This document shows, piece by piece, positions 49,601 to 62,167 of a stretch of 64,000 nt of DNA; position 1 is the first letter of the stretch; each line of letters begins with the position of its first letter. Origin of the DNA: Eledone cirrhosa (taxonomy: Eukaryota); the NCBI GenBank assembly GCA_964016885.1, contig OZ024740.1, positions 304,234,001 through 304,298,000 on the forward strand, in the 5' to 3' direction. The translations under genes and the position numbers were made by a program. The notes beneath the pieces are model-generated. The model saw nothing but the letters and a program-made list of their open reading frames with translations, searched no databases and was not told the origin of the DNA.

Positions 49601-52600
49601 GTCATGAGAACAGCCACTTCCTCCAGACAAAATCATTACAAAAAAAAAAACCTAATGGCTATGAAGCACTCACTTGTCTGGTTCTCCAATATCCTACTGA
49701 CTCACCCATTACTAGCTTTAGCTTGACTGCAATATATTACTGACAATTATCTTTATTAGAAAGAGAAATTATCATTTTCAAAATTTGAACTCAGAATCTT
49801 GAAGTGCAAACCTGAATATCATAAAATATGTAGTCAGCCACATTTCTGCTAGTTTTTTTCCTATAATAATGATGGTGATGATAATAGTGATAATTCCCAA
49901 CAAGACAGCCAGTTTGCAGTGAACTGGGATATGATTGATTGAACAAGCATAAGATATTGGTTTTCTAATTTTTTTCCTTTTACTGAAGCATTGGGCACTG
50001 AATCAGATAAAAGAAAATATTTGGACTAACTTTATATCATTTACAATGCATTTAATATATCAATGGTACTTGTTTTAACAATGGCCATGGGTGAGACAGT
50101 CATTTGTCAAAAGATTTGAACACAAACATGAAAAAGCACTAAACTAAAAAATATTGGTTCTCTATCATCTACTTATTTCTAACACCCTTGAAAAAATATT
50201 GATTTATTTCTGAGGTTATATTGATTATTTCTTAGGCATGTGAAGCCTAGAATCTATTGCTGTATAGTTGCTTCCCTACTCCATTTGTTAATGGCACTAA
50301 TAATAATAATACAATTTCATTCATAATAAAATGGAAAGAATGCTAGGTATTAAGGATAAATTTCTCTCAAGAATTTATGTTCTAAAAGAAAACTGTCATA
50401 AGAATAATGAATGGTGTGTGGCAGTGACTTAATGTTGTAAGCCCCTGGGAGAGAACTTTTGTATTTTTTTTAATGAAGAGTTATATTAGCTTGTTGATGG
50501 TAGCAACCAAAAATAAATAGGATGTTTACATTTTGAAAATGCTTCTAAACAGCTAAATATGATGAATGAAGAAATATCTTGATGAAAGAATCTAATGAAG
50601 TTATTGTAATAATTTCATGGGGTTGTATTTAATACTGCACTTTGATTGGTTCGGATCCTGTGTTAGAAATAAAGGTATTGAGTTGAAACCTAGTCTAGGG
50701 AAATAAATATATGTAGGAATAGAGCCTCTCAAGAGTAAGTTGCTAAAAACAATGTTAACCCCTTTGACCCCAAACTTCCTGAAACTGATCATAGTTCTAT
50801 TATACTAAGCTATTTATTCTAAAGTGTTTATATCTATCTAAAAACCTTCCAGATGGTGAATTGGCAAAGTTGTTAGATAAAAGGCTTTCTAATATTTGTT
50901 GCAGTTCAAATCTCAATGAGGTCAACTTTACTTTCCATCCTTTCGGCAAAAATAAGGTTCTGGGGGTCAACTCTCTCTCTATCTCTCTCTCTCTCTCTCT
51001 CTGTTTGACTACATTCAAACTTGGGGAGGGGATGGGCTCCAAGTTTAAAATCCCAAAGATATGCCATGTGTCTCAACAATGTCCCTACAATTCCATCAGG
51101 AACTACATATATATAAAAACTTTCCATTATAATTTTATATATGAACCTTTTTGACCCTGAGCAAGATGGTTGGATAACATCCAGCTGGTCTTGCTTAGGG
51201 GTCCAGCTAGATCAGTAGGGGGCAGTTGCTTCTGGGAGGAGTGTTTAAGGACTGACCCCACGACCCTCTCAGGAATAAGTGGGTGAAGGAGAACCTTTAA
51301 GTTATGATCCAAACACCACCTGAATAATGGGGAAGTTATTTTATTAATTCTCTCCAAATTTTTTATTATTTCCAAGATAATTTGAAAACTGTAGGCAGTG
51401 CCTTTTATTAAAAATATGTTAATGAAGGGTTAAACAGGAAGAGGAAAGATAAAATTAATAGATAAAAAAATTGAAATAATTTTCAGAGTAGATCTTTTCT
51501 CTAAAATTCGTCCAAGATTGGAAGTTCCAAAGTTGAGCTTAGGGGCTTGAATTTTGATTTGATTTTGCATTATTTATTTATGGATTTATTTTATGTTACT
51601 ATATTTTTTTGTTATATTCTCTAAAGGACTTACAGGTGTGACCGACACTAATTTATATTTAACAGTTTTTTGTGGAATAGAAATTAACAAATGGATATGA
51701 GAGTGAGCTATCATCTTCAAAATCCCACAATAGCCATTTTGTTGTGTATCTGAGCAGTACACTTCGACATTGTTTTAGTGGGATTAAATAACACATCCTT
51801 AGTTTACCTGGCTATTGTGAGTAAATAACATATCTGGGCTTTTGTTACTTGAGCTGAATATTTGTCTCTCATTTACTTAGCACCATGACACTAGGACTAA
51901 AGTGTTCCCTTCAGCACTGACACCCTCTCTCTCAGATTTAGGTAGATGTCAGATTGATTCCCAGACTATTTAAGGTTTTTAAGAAACTAGTCAGTTTAAT
52001 CTCTCATTTCAAGTAAATAGCAAGAAAACTGTAACTATAAAAAAATGGTTATTATCATGTATAGAAGATATTTTAAGATGAAAGATAATTAATTCTTCAT
52101 AAAATAAGAAAATGTTTCTGTATTTTGACATGCATTTTGATTTTTGTTAAAGCCATTGGAATGATTCCTGAAATGAATTCAATAGATATCTGATATTCTC
52201 ATTACTTTACAGAATGACATGTTGGAGTTTCATTTCTTTATCATTTTATGTCTGCTTTTCCATGTTGGCATAGACTGGCCAAGTCAGTACTTAATCAAAG
52301 CTGTCCTTGTAAATAGGTCAGGGGCCCATGTTTTGCTCAATACAGTTTATCATGGCACCAATACAAGGAATACATTTTAGAGCCTAGAATTAAAAACCTG
52401 GTACAATTTAAAAATTTTTCTTCTTCGCCCACTAATTCCTGAGCGGGTCATGGAGGCTGAGTTCTCAAACACTCCTTCGAGCGGGTCCTGTCATAAGCAA
52501 CCATCTCCAACTGATCCTGCTGGATCCCCAAGCGAGACCAGCCAAGTTCATGGATGTTATCCAACCATCTTGCTCTGGGTCTCCTGCATTTTAAAATTAA

Positions 52601-54049
52601 AACTAATACAGAAATTTATTATTTTGCTTGGAATACAATCTCTGCTAAATTCTAAACTCTTTTTTCCCCTAAATTTTAAATTGATTTAATTACAAACTCC
52701 TGTGTAGTGCCATTTTTGGGAGATGTGTATAAATGCAATAGCAACAGTGCCAACACGCTTAACATTTTATTTATTTGGGAACTGAAACAAAAGGTATCAG
52801 CCATATATGATGTTAAAAATAATCTGCAATCATTACTATAAAAACACTTAACATCTCTTTTTTTAATGTTATGTTTCATATATTTTCTTTCACCAATCAT
52901 ATTTATACTCACTTAGCTTATACCAGTTATTAAAATAAACATTTCCCCCCTCTTTCTTCATTATCTACTAAAAATATAATTATATTTATATAATTCAATT
53001 ACGCCTCCTTTCATGTTATTTCATTGAGTTTGAGAAATGTTCCATGTAAACTAACAGTACATTAGAAAATTACTTTAGTGAAATCATTAGGGAAATTTGA
53101 GATATTGTTTGTGTGAACATCAATACCTTTAGTGTATAATCAATCCATTATATAATATGTACATCATTCACTGATGGACAAAAAATACAGTATTTGTATT
53201 TACAGCTGAGTCATCCCCACATACTTCTTTAAGCTAACCCCTCCTCCAGTCTTTCTTTTCTACATGTCTTAAACCTTAAGACTGATCATTGAACATCTTT
53301 GCTAGGCCAGGCCTTCAACAACTAGATAATAAAATTCAATTTCTTTCCTTCATTCAGCCACAAATCAATATTGTACATTCTGCCATGCTAGCATCTCTTT
53401 AGATCACAGAAAATAACATTGTTTACGTCTCAGAGAATCATATTTACAAGATATACTGGCAATGGAGATTTATATTATGAATGTCCTGTGACTCAGTGGA
53501 GATGCTTGTACAATTTTGTTTTTAATGTAGTTAACTAAAAATAATTAATTACTAATAGTAAAACTACCTCTTAAAATATGCTTAAAAGAATATTTTATAT
53601 TTATATCTTATATATGTGTCTCATATAGTGATTATAGAGGTTAATGAATTGTCTGTATCTATAAGACAACTCTGCTGCTGTAGACATATAAGAATGAAAG
53701 GCAATGACAAAGTGTATAATGTGCAAGTGAACACCCCCCCCCCCCTCCTCGTTTGTTGTCGCCATTTTTCTATGTTTAGCCCTTTGGCATTTAAACCAGC
53801 CATATCCCGTCAGAATTCTCTCACTTCTTTCTGTTCAAACTGGCCATAACCAGCTGCTCATACTTATGTTAAGGTATTGTTCTCAAAATAAATATCAAAA
53901 TCTCATAGATTCGATATTATGTGGGGTGAAGTGTTTACCGTGAAAATACAATAGTAAATATAGAGTAATGGAAATGCTAAAGGGTTGGGCATTTCTTGTA
54001 ATAGTCCCTTCTTTTCTCATAGATCCTCAGATTAGCCTCTATTATTTTA

Positions 54050-54230
54050 TTGGCAGTATCGGTAGAGGGTTGGACGCCATGTTTTCTAGCATAGTTACGT
54101 CCCTTTACGATCTGAGTTCAAATCCCGCCAAGGTTAACTTTGCCTTTCATCCTTACAGGGTCGATAAAATAAAGTACCAGTAATGTACTGGGTAATTGCT
54201 GGCCTTGTGCCTAAAGTAGAAACAATTATT
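54050..54230 (+). mobile_element. SINE family A
   Basis: closely similar to 518-710. Confidence 0.85.
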
Positions 54231-54258
54231 TTCTATATCTTCTAAATTTCTTTACTAT

Positions 54259-55025
54259 GGCCCAGAGTGCTATAATAAACAGGAAGAGGCTGAGGAATGA
54301 GCCCTCACGAGTACCCACTTGTATGCTTAATTCCTTGTTGACACCATCTCTCTAAATGGCTTACATAACCAACTTTATTCTGGAACTCTATCAAAGGCCT
54401 TTTGCAGCTCTACAAATCTTGGTATTGTGGTTTGCTCTTAGCTAAGAATTTCTCCTGTATTTGGTCCATTAACTCTCATCTACTTTCGGGTCTCAACTAA
54501 TCGCCCCAGCCCTCACTCTCACCCACCCAACCCTTATTGCTGGCAAAATTTTATTTTAAGTGGTAGCATTCCTGTGTTAATCAATTTTCTTTATACATTA
54601 AGACATTATACATGACAAAAAAAGAACATTACAAAAAATTTCATACTTTATATAAACTAAACTATCAATTCTGTTTTATTTTTTTTTTAAATCCAGGGTG
54701 ACAACCTAGAAAAAAAATACCCCCCCCCCCCCCCCCCCGTTATTTTGGGCCAGAAAGTAATCCAATTCTCATCTATCTAACCTAATTCATTGTGCTATAA
54801 CCCAGTTACTTTCATAACTTGGTTTGGTTTCTTCAATTTAGATCATCTCCATTGCCCTTATAAGGAGTTGGTGATGATTCATACAACTCACTATATCATT
54901 GGATGTCATGTGACTTTGCCTGCCAAATATTTTTAACATTTCAGCAGCTATTTCTGATAGTCTAGTTGCTTCTGATGCTTTCATTTCCTTGATTAGACCT
55001 TGCTCCCTCTACAGCTCTGGTCTGG
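54259..55025 (-). mobile_element. decayed RTE RT fragments interrupted by TA-MITE 54481-54759
   Basis: remnants of KAFDRVP and VG..EGSFLSLFLFII. Confidence 0.6.
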
Positions 55026-57694
55026 GTCTTATGGAATATAGTTTTGTAGGAGCTCCCAGTTGTCCCCAACCCATCTTATTTATTTTATTACGTATGGGAT
55101 TTCTTGTGATGTACTGTTTTTGTCATGTATAATGTTTTTTATTGTCGCAGGAATGCTACCACTTAAAATAAAATTTCACCGGGGATAGATTAACAAAATT
55201 TAATAAGGAGGGGCGGGGAATTATTTGAGACCTGGAAGTAGATGGTGTGGGGATAATAACAATGACAAGCTGATTTGCTAGCCTGTTTCATTCCTGGTTG
55301 TCATTTCACTTCAAGTATATTTCCTCATTTTTTTAAACTTTACAAAATCTCATTTCCTCTCCCCTTGGCCTTATAGCCATATAAATATCTCACTTGTGAA
55401 ATAATAAGTTGTATGAAAAATTAATTAAAAGAAATAAATCCACACAATATTTAAGCCACAGTAGTACAAAAATAAGGCAGCAAATTGGTAGGGTCATTAG
55501 ATATTTGAATTAAAACTGCTTTTTCTATAAAAAAATAAGGGGGCGAATTGGTAGGGTCATTGGATCATTGAATGTAAAACTGCCAGTATTTGTTCTGCAC
55601 ACTGACTTCAAATCCAGAGGTCTACTTTGACTTTCATCCTTTCAAAATTGATAAAATACCAGTCCAATGCTGGGGTTGATTCTCTCTCTCGCCTTTCTCC
55701 ACTCTCTCTCCACTCTTTTTTTTCTCAGTAGGGGGAGGGATGGCCTCTGCGAGGTTTAAAATATCTAAGACACCTTGTTTCAAGACGACACCCGTACGAC
55801 TCCTTTGAGGGTTAAGGGCCTTCCAACTGTAAGGATAGACAAGATAGCATTGTGTTTTCTTTGACCTGGGTGATGGAAAAGTAAGTCACTATTCATTTGT
55901 TGGTTTATGAATGACATTTATCTACAAAACAGTATATGAATTACCATCAATTAAAGTGAAAATCATCATCATCATCATCATCATCGGGTTGTCCCGTTTG
56001 AGGTGAGTCAGGTTAAGAGATCATGTCTTGCTCGTACAGAACTGATTTTCGCTTGGTTTCTACAGCTGGATGCCCTTCCTAGTGCCAACTACATTTACAG
56101 TGTGGGCTAGATGCTTTTTGTCGTGACACCTACACAACCTCTTTACAGTGTGGGCTAGGTGCTTTTTGTCGTGACACCTACACAACCACTTTACAGTGTG
56201 GGCTAGGTGCTTTTTGTCATGATAGTAAAATCTCTCTACTAATCCTCTTCCTCTCTCACACTATGGCAACACATGAATAAATATTCATTCATGTTCTTGT
56301 TAATCTGTAAGCATCACTTGGATTCTTAAACCTTGCTACAAGAATTCTGATAAATTATCTCTTGCTGATTGTATGCATTCCATTGACCATATTTCCATCA
56401 ATGAGTTAGATTGAAACTGCAAATCAAAATCCATTGGCCAAGTGCCCAAAATCTTTCATTTACACAGGTTTAGGTATAAATTCAGATATTACAGACATCC
56501 TTGCCAAGCTGCTGTAGCTGAAAGCTTAAATGGTTGTGTACTGTTGGTGGTGTACTGATTTGTTAGCTATCTTCCCTCTTTTTTTTTATATGAACCATGT
56601 CACAGCAGATAGGTGTGTGTTTCTCAAAACATTGAGTGGGTGTTATAAATTATCATCACTTAGATAAAAGCAATATAGCAATAGTATTACAAATAAATAT
56701 ACATTTTGAAGTAATAGGGTGCTTGTCATTTTGATGAGCTTTAAAGAATTCTCAGGCATTGATTTTTATTTTATAAAGGTGCTCTAAGTGACCTCAAAGT
56801 AAACCTGAGTAACTTATATATAACTTTCGCTGCTGTATTTCTAATGAATCATTTAGGTATATGTTTCAATTAATTTTGAATATAATTAAATATTTGGAGG
56901 AATTTAATCAAATAAATTTGTGTTAGCAAACTGATATTTAGAACATTAGCAAAAATTAAAATTGGGGTATAAACATTTTAAAATGAACTTTCTAGGTCAT
57001 TCGTGACTGAAAGGGGTCTACGATATAGCATAAATGCTGGGAAATTTCAAGCAGTTTAGTATCAAAACATTTAAATGGTGGGAAGAGAGAAAAAGACCAT
57101 GCAGAAAATATTAATCTATTTTGCAAAATCCTTGTTTTTGTTTGTTACTACTACTACTACTGCATACATTGCATACTCCTGAGTATCAGTGGCCAAGCTG
57201 TACATAACTGCCAAAACACTTTGATACCTAATATCATCATCATCATCTTCATCATTTGGTTAGCATGAGTTAGGCGAGTTATCCTATTTGTGGCAAGTCA
57301 GGTCGTGTGGCCATGTCTTGCTCATACAGAACTGTCTCTGGCTTGGTTTCTATGGCTGGATGCCCTTCATCGACCAGATATACAGTGTGGACTGGGTGCC
57401 TTTTACTGTGGCACCTACATGACCACTTTACAGTGGGGGTTGTAAAGGCATGGGTGATTGGGGGGGGGGGGTAGGAATTAGGTGGTGCATACTAGATACA
57501 TGCTTCAACCTGTGCACATGGGTTGGCAGGTCTTCTGTATTACTGATTAATATATAATGTTTTATTGGTTTTAGCTATTGGACTGTGGCCAAGCTGTATT
57601 ACAAAATAATAATAATAAAGTGAATATAACAGTGTTTTTAATGGCTATTATGATCTGACCACAAGTACAATTGCTTTAGTCTCATACACATTAA

Positions 57695-58145
57695 CCCTTT
57701 CTTGACTGCATTTCTAATAAAATACACTCTAAATTAATTAATGCACGATTATTAATTATTTCATAAATAAGATAGTAACTTAAGCTAAAGTTCTTTTATA
57801 AAATTATGTTGGAAGATTTTAATTTAAATTGGAAACCTTTAACCCTTTAGCATTTATATTCTATATTTACTATTGTATTTTCGGGGTAAAGGCTTTACCT
57901 CACATAATATCGAATCTAAGATTTTTATATTATCTATTTTGAGAACAATACCTTAACATCAGTATGAGTGGCCGGTTACAGCTGGTTTGAAAAGAAAGAG
58001 GTGAGAGAATTCTGGCCAGATGTGGCCGGTTTAAATGCTAAAGGTGTTAGCATAGAACCTGGGCCGGGTTGGTAACTAAAGGGTTAAAATAGGTGATTGT
58101 TTCATAAAACCAGGGATGGTTTGGAGTGGGTTGCTATCAAAAGAG
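57695..58145 (+). mobile_element. nested MITE2/MITE1 cluster
   Basis: MITE1 inserted at the internal TTAA (57839-42) of MITE2; two successive MITE2 right ends. Confidence 0.8.
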
Positions 58146-58584
58146 TTAAAGAGGTCAAACCTGTATATGGATTTGGTGAAAAGACTTCTCTGTTTGGCCT
58201 TTATTCTAATTAGTCAATAGGAGCCCTTACTGACTGCAATGTAATGCCAAAACCATGTTTTGTTCTAATCTTCTTATTCCTCCGAGTAAAGAATCTCAAA
58301 TAAGAATCTGTAATATAAAGTGGAAATGAACTAAATTTGTATTCTTATTCACTACTTACTTTGATAGGTTTTGGCCAGTATTGGCCCAGGTCAGGCTATA
58401 TATTTATTTACTAAGGTGGCAAACTGGCAGTCATTAGAATACCCTGGTCGTTTGTGCTCAAACCACACCAACATCAGCTTGCCTTGGATCTTTTGCAGTC
58501 AGTAAATAAAAAATATGGTTCTGGGCTATGAGTTGGAATTTTAGAGCCTTGGACAGGATGCTATGTGATATTTGTTCCTTGTAT

Positions 58585-58737
58585 AAGTTGCTATGGATTG
58601 TAGATGCCTGCTACTAAAGTTGAATGAGGTTTATCACTAAAGTGGTCAGAATCTGTTGTAAAAGTTGCAATGGATTGTAGCTGCCTGCTACTAGAGTTGA
58701 ATGAGGTTTATCACTTAAGTGGTAAGAATCTATGTAC
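58585..58737. repeat. 77-bp tandem duplication
   Basis: AAGTTGC.ATGGATTGTAG.TGCCTGCTACTA.AGTTGAATGAGGTTTATCACT at 58585 and 58662. Confidence 0.9.
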
Positions 58738-59260
58738 ATATATATCAACATTTCTAATATATTACAGTATAATTGTCCTAAATTTTAATAAGTGTTGCAT
58801 TGTTCCACTGGTCATTAGGTTGGTTATTAAAGAACTATTGGGGCCAATAAACTGCCAGTGGGAAGTGTCAGACTCCCACCCTCTGTAACTGTTAAAATAT
58901 TGTTTTTAGTGCCATTATAATCTTGATAACCTTCATGTAATTGTAGTTTCCAAATGCTGGCTTTAGTTCAGTTGATAATATAACATGTTAAAAATATTTA
59001 GCTCCATCTTGCAAAAAGTTTCCATGAGTTGAACCAAAATCAACACGTGAGGTACTGCTGGGTATATAATATAAGTATATCTCAAATCACATTTTAAATG
59101 GAAATTAGGTTGGTGTGTACACCCAGGCACCTTATACAGACATACATGCTGGTACCTGATACAAATGTTAATTTCCATATATAGTGAATGTCTTTTTTAA
59201 AATAAAAGTTATGGCGAACTTTATTTTTATTTCTCCTACTTTATTCACATTGTTTTCCAG

Positions 59261-59410
59261 ATTTTTCTTTGGCAAAAATAAAGTAATGGCATTAGCCCTT
59301 GGGAAAGAAGCTGAAAGTGAGTACCGTGACAATTTACACAAACTGAGTGCTCAACTGAAAGGTCAAGCAGGACTATTGTTCACCAACAAAACAAAAGACG
59401 AAGTCCTTAA
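59261..59410 (+). CDS. MRTO4: MRTO4 exon 4 (gene continues beyond window)
   Basis: ttttccAG|; (R)[49 protein letters not shown]|GTAAGT; phase 2 matches exon 3. Confidence 0.95.
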
Positions 59411-59956
59411 GTAAGTATTTATTTCCTTTGTTCATATAGTGACATAGTTTCTCTTTTTTTTTTTTTTTTCATGTTAACTGCTAATCGTATTAAGACAGTT
59501 GTTTAGGCATAGGTTAAAATACCCTGTGGCATTTATTCTGGCTTTCTATACACGGTTCAAATCTCAATGAGGTCAACTTAGCGTTTTGTCCTTTCAAAGT
59601 CACTAAAATATGTAGTACCAGTCCAGAGCATGTTGGAGGCGCATGGCTTAGTGTTGGACTTAGGATCATAATGTTGTGGGCTCGATCCATGGGTTGGTTT
59701 GTGTGTTGTGTTCTTGAGAGAAACACTTCATTTCACGTTGCACCATTATACTCAGCTGAAAATGAGTACCGGCAATAGCTGGGAGTTTAACACTGCAATG
59801 GACTGGTATCCTCTCCAGTGGGAAGTTTGCACCAAAAAACCAGGATAAGCACCGACCTGACAAGCCTCCTGGCTAGAGACAGACTTTAGTCTTGAGCATT
59901 GGGTTGATAGATTTATCAAAGCTTTCGCCAGCATAAAATTAACCCTTAAGGAACAT

Positions 59957-61255
59957 ATGTTCAAATTTAATGGTAAAACATATGCCCAAGAGGAAGGAGC
60001 AGCCATTGGTGTTAGCATTGCAGGCGACATAGCTAACTTATTCATGGTATGGTGGGACAGTAGACTTAAACAAAAACTTAAAGAACAATTAGAAGACAGC
60101 TTAACCCTGATAATGTACTCCCGCTACGTAGATGATATAAACATCGTAGTTAATACACCCCCACTAAAGAACAGTCAGGAACTAGAGAAAAACACAATGG
60201 AAAGCATCCAGCAAATAGCAAACTCCATCCACCAGAGCATTAGAGTTACTATAGACTACCCAAGTAGACACCCCAACCATCGATTACCTGTACTAGACAC
60301 AGAGCTCTGGTTAGATACCATTAACAACCAAAAACAAATCCTCCATTCCCATTATGCCAAACCCATGACTTCCAAACATCTGATCCACCGAAACTCGGCC
60401 ATTTCGGACCATACCAAAATCAACATACTGATTGCGGATTTGGTACGGGTGATGAGAAATGTGTCCTGCATGTGCAACCCCGAAGAACTAGAGAGACACA
60501 TACAACACTTCATCCACCGTATGCAGTTCTCTGGCTACAATCAGAGAGATAGAACCAGAGTGTATAAAGGAGCCAGAAACAAATAGGAAAAAATGGTAAA
60601 TAATGACATAAATGGGACCTGCCCCTTGTATAGGAGCAAATTTTAGAATAGAATAGAAAGAACTAGGAACAAGGCCAATAGAATAAATTCATGGTATGAT
60701 AGCAATAAATACCAGAGTGTAATGTTCATCAATACAACCCCTAGAGGCGAACTAGCCTACAAATTTAGAAGGGCCCTAAATAAACATAATCTCAATATTA
60801 AGATAGTAGAAAGACCAGGTACCTCCGTAAAAACACTTATTAGCAAGACATACCCGTTCCAAAGACCCTCATGTATAGATAAGAAATGTATAACCTGTAA
60901 AATAAGCCCCCATATTAACTGTAAAACTAGAAATGTAGTGTATAGCATAAGATGTACTGAAGGACAATGTAGAAACAAAAATATAGTGTACATAGGTGAG
61001 ACAGCTCGTAGTATAGGGGAACGAATAAATGAACACTGGCGAGACCTCCAAGATAATAAAGAATCATCTGTGCTCTACCAACATGCTAAGATAGAACACA
61101 GGGGTAGATTAGAGAACATAGAAATAAAAATAGAATCCACACACAGAAAAGACGCAATGTTTAGGCAAATTACAGAGGCAGTAAGCATAAAAGAATTAAA
61201 ACCAAAATTAAATAGAAAATATGAGTGGAACAGCAACATCACAACTTACAATTAA
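59957..61255 (+). pseudogene. PLE RT-GIY-YIG ORF remnant
   Basis: single reading frame broken only by TAG at 60584-86 and 60644-46. Confidence 0.9.
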
Positions 61256-61340
61256 GGACAAAATGAAAACACACACACACATAGAACAAACAACTTACAA
61301 TTAAGAACAAAATGAAAACACACACACACATAGAACAAAC
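61241..61340. repeat. 49-bp tandem duplication at PLE stop codon
   Basis: ACAACTTACAATTAAG.ACAAAATGAAAAC(AC)nATAGAACAA at 61241 and 61290. Confidence 0.9.
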
Positions 61341-61512
61341 AACCAACCAACAATAAATAAATAAAGAAAGAAAGAAATAGATAAATGAACACAAACAGAC
61401 ACAGGCACCCGGATGTGGCGCATGCGCAAACTGAGCACACAACACACACACAGAAACAAAATGGCGTAGGATAGAAGAAAGGAAAGGCACAGAAACAAAG
61501 AAAGGAATCCCC

Positions 61513-61557
61513 AGTCACTGAAGAGGTCACAGAGTGTGTGACGAAAGGACTATGACT
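61513..61557 (+). ncRNA. minimal type I hammerhead ribozyme
   Basis: stem I AGTCA/TGACT; core CTGAAGA(+G); stem II GTCACA/TGTGAC; GAAA; vestigial stem III AG-GA-CT; cleavage triplet CUA (after 61552). Confidence 0.8.
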
Positions 61558-62167
61558 ATATATAAACAACTATCTGGTTGTGGAACCAACCAACCAACCA
61601 GAAATTTATAAGTTTGTAAATTTGTAAATTTATAAATATATAATAAATTGAAGTGAAAGCAACTGGTGCGTGTGTTTCTTATTGGCAACATGACCCTCCT
61701 AAAGTATAACAATATCGGTTTCAACACACGATTTCAGATAAAGAATCTTGCTAAACAAATTCAGAAAAGAAACCTTATATATATATTTCACCATTTTCCT
61801 AGTCTGACAGAAATCGATCCATTGATGTTTGTGAAATCTTCTCTAGATATGTTATCTAATTCTTATTTTCATATGGAGTGCAGTAACACAGTCCCTATGT
61901 TCCTGGAATTCCATCCAGCCACAATCATTTCCTCTTAAAATGGACAGTTTGGGGGAGGTTTGGCTTCTGTTTTCAACATGTCAATTGACCACAAAGAGGG
62001 TCCTTTATTGATTTAGTTCTTCTAGAGTTGAAAGCTCTGGTTATGGTGATAGGCTTGTGATCATAAAGTCATATGTTCAAATCCTGGACTGCATGGTACA
62101 TTATATTCTTAAGCGAGGTGCTTTATTTCATGCTGCCTTTCATATGACTGGGGGCCTCTATCATTAA

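Larger units (their letters stand above)
59910..61745 (+). mobile_element. Penelope-like retroelement (Neptune-like), 5'-truncated
   Basis: RT QEEGAAIG, YSRYVDD, LPVLD, HYAKP; Cys linker CIDKKCITC..C; C-terminal GIY-YIG VVYSIRC...YIGET.R...R..EH...TEA...LN; 3' region with hammerhead and AATAAA 61642-47; ends approximate. Confidence 0.93.
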
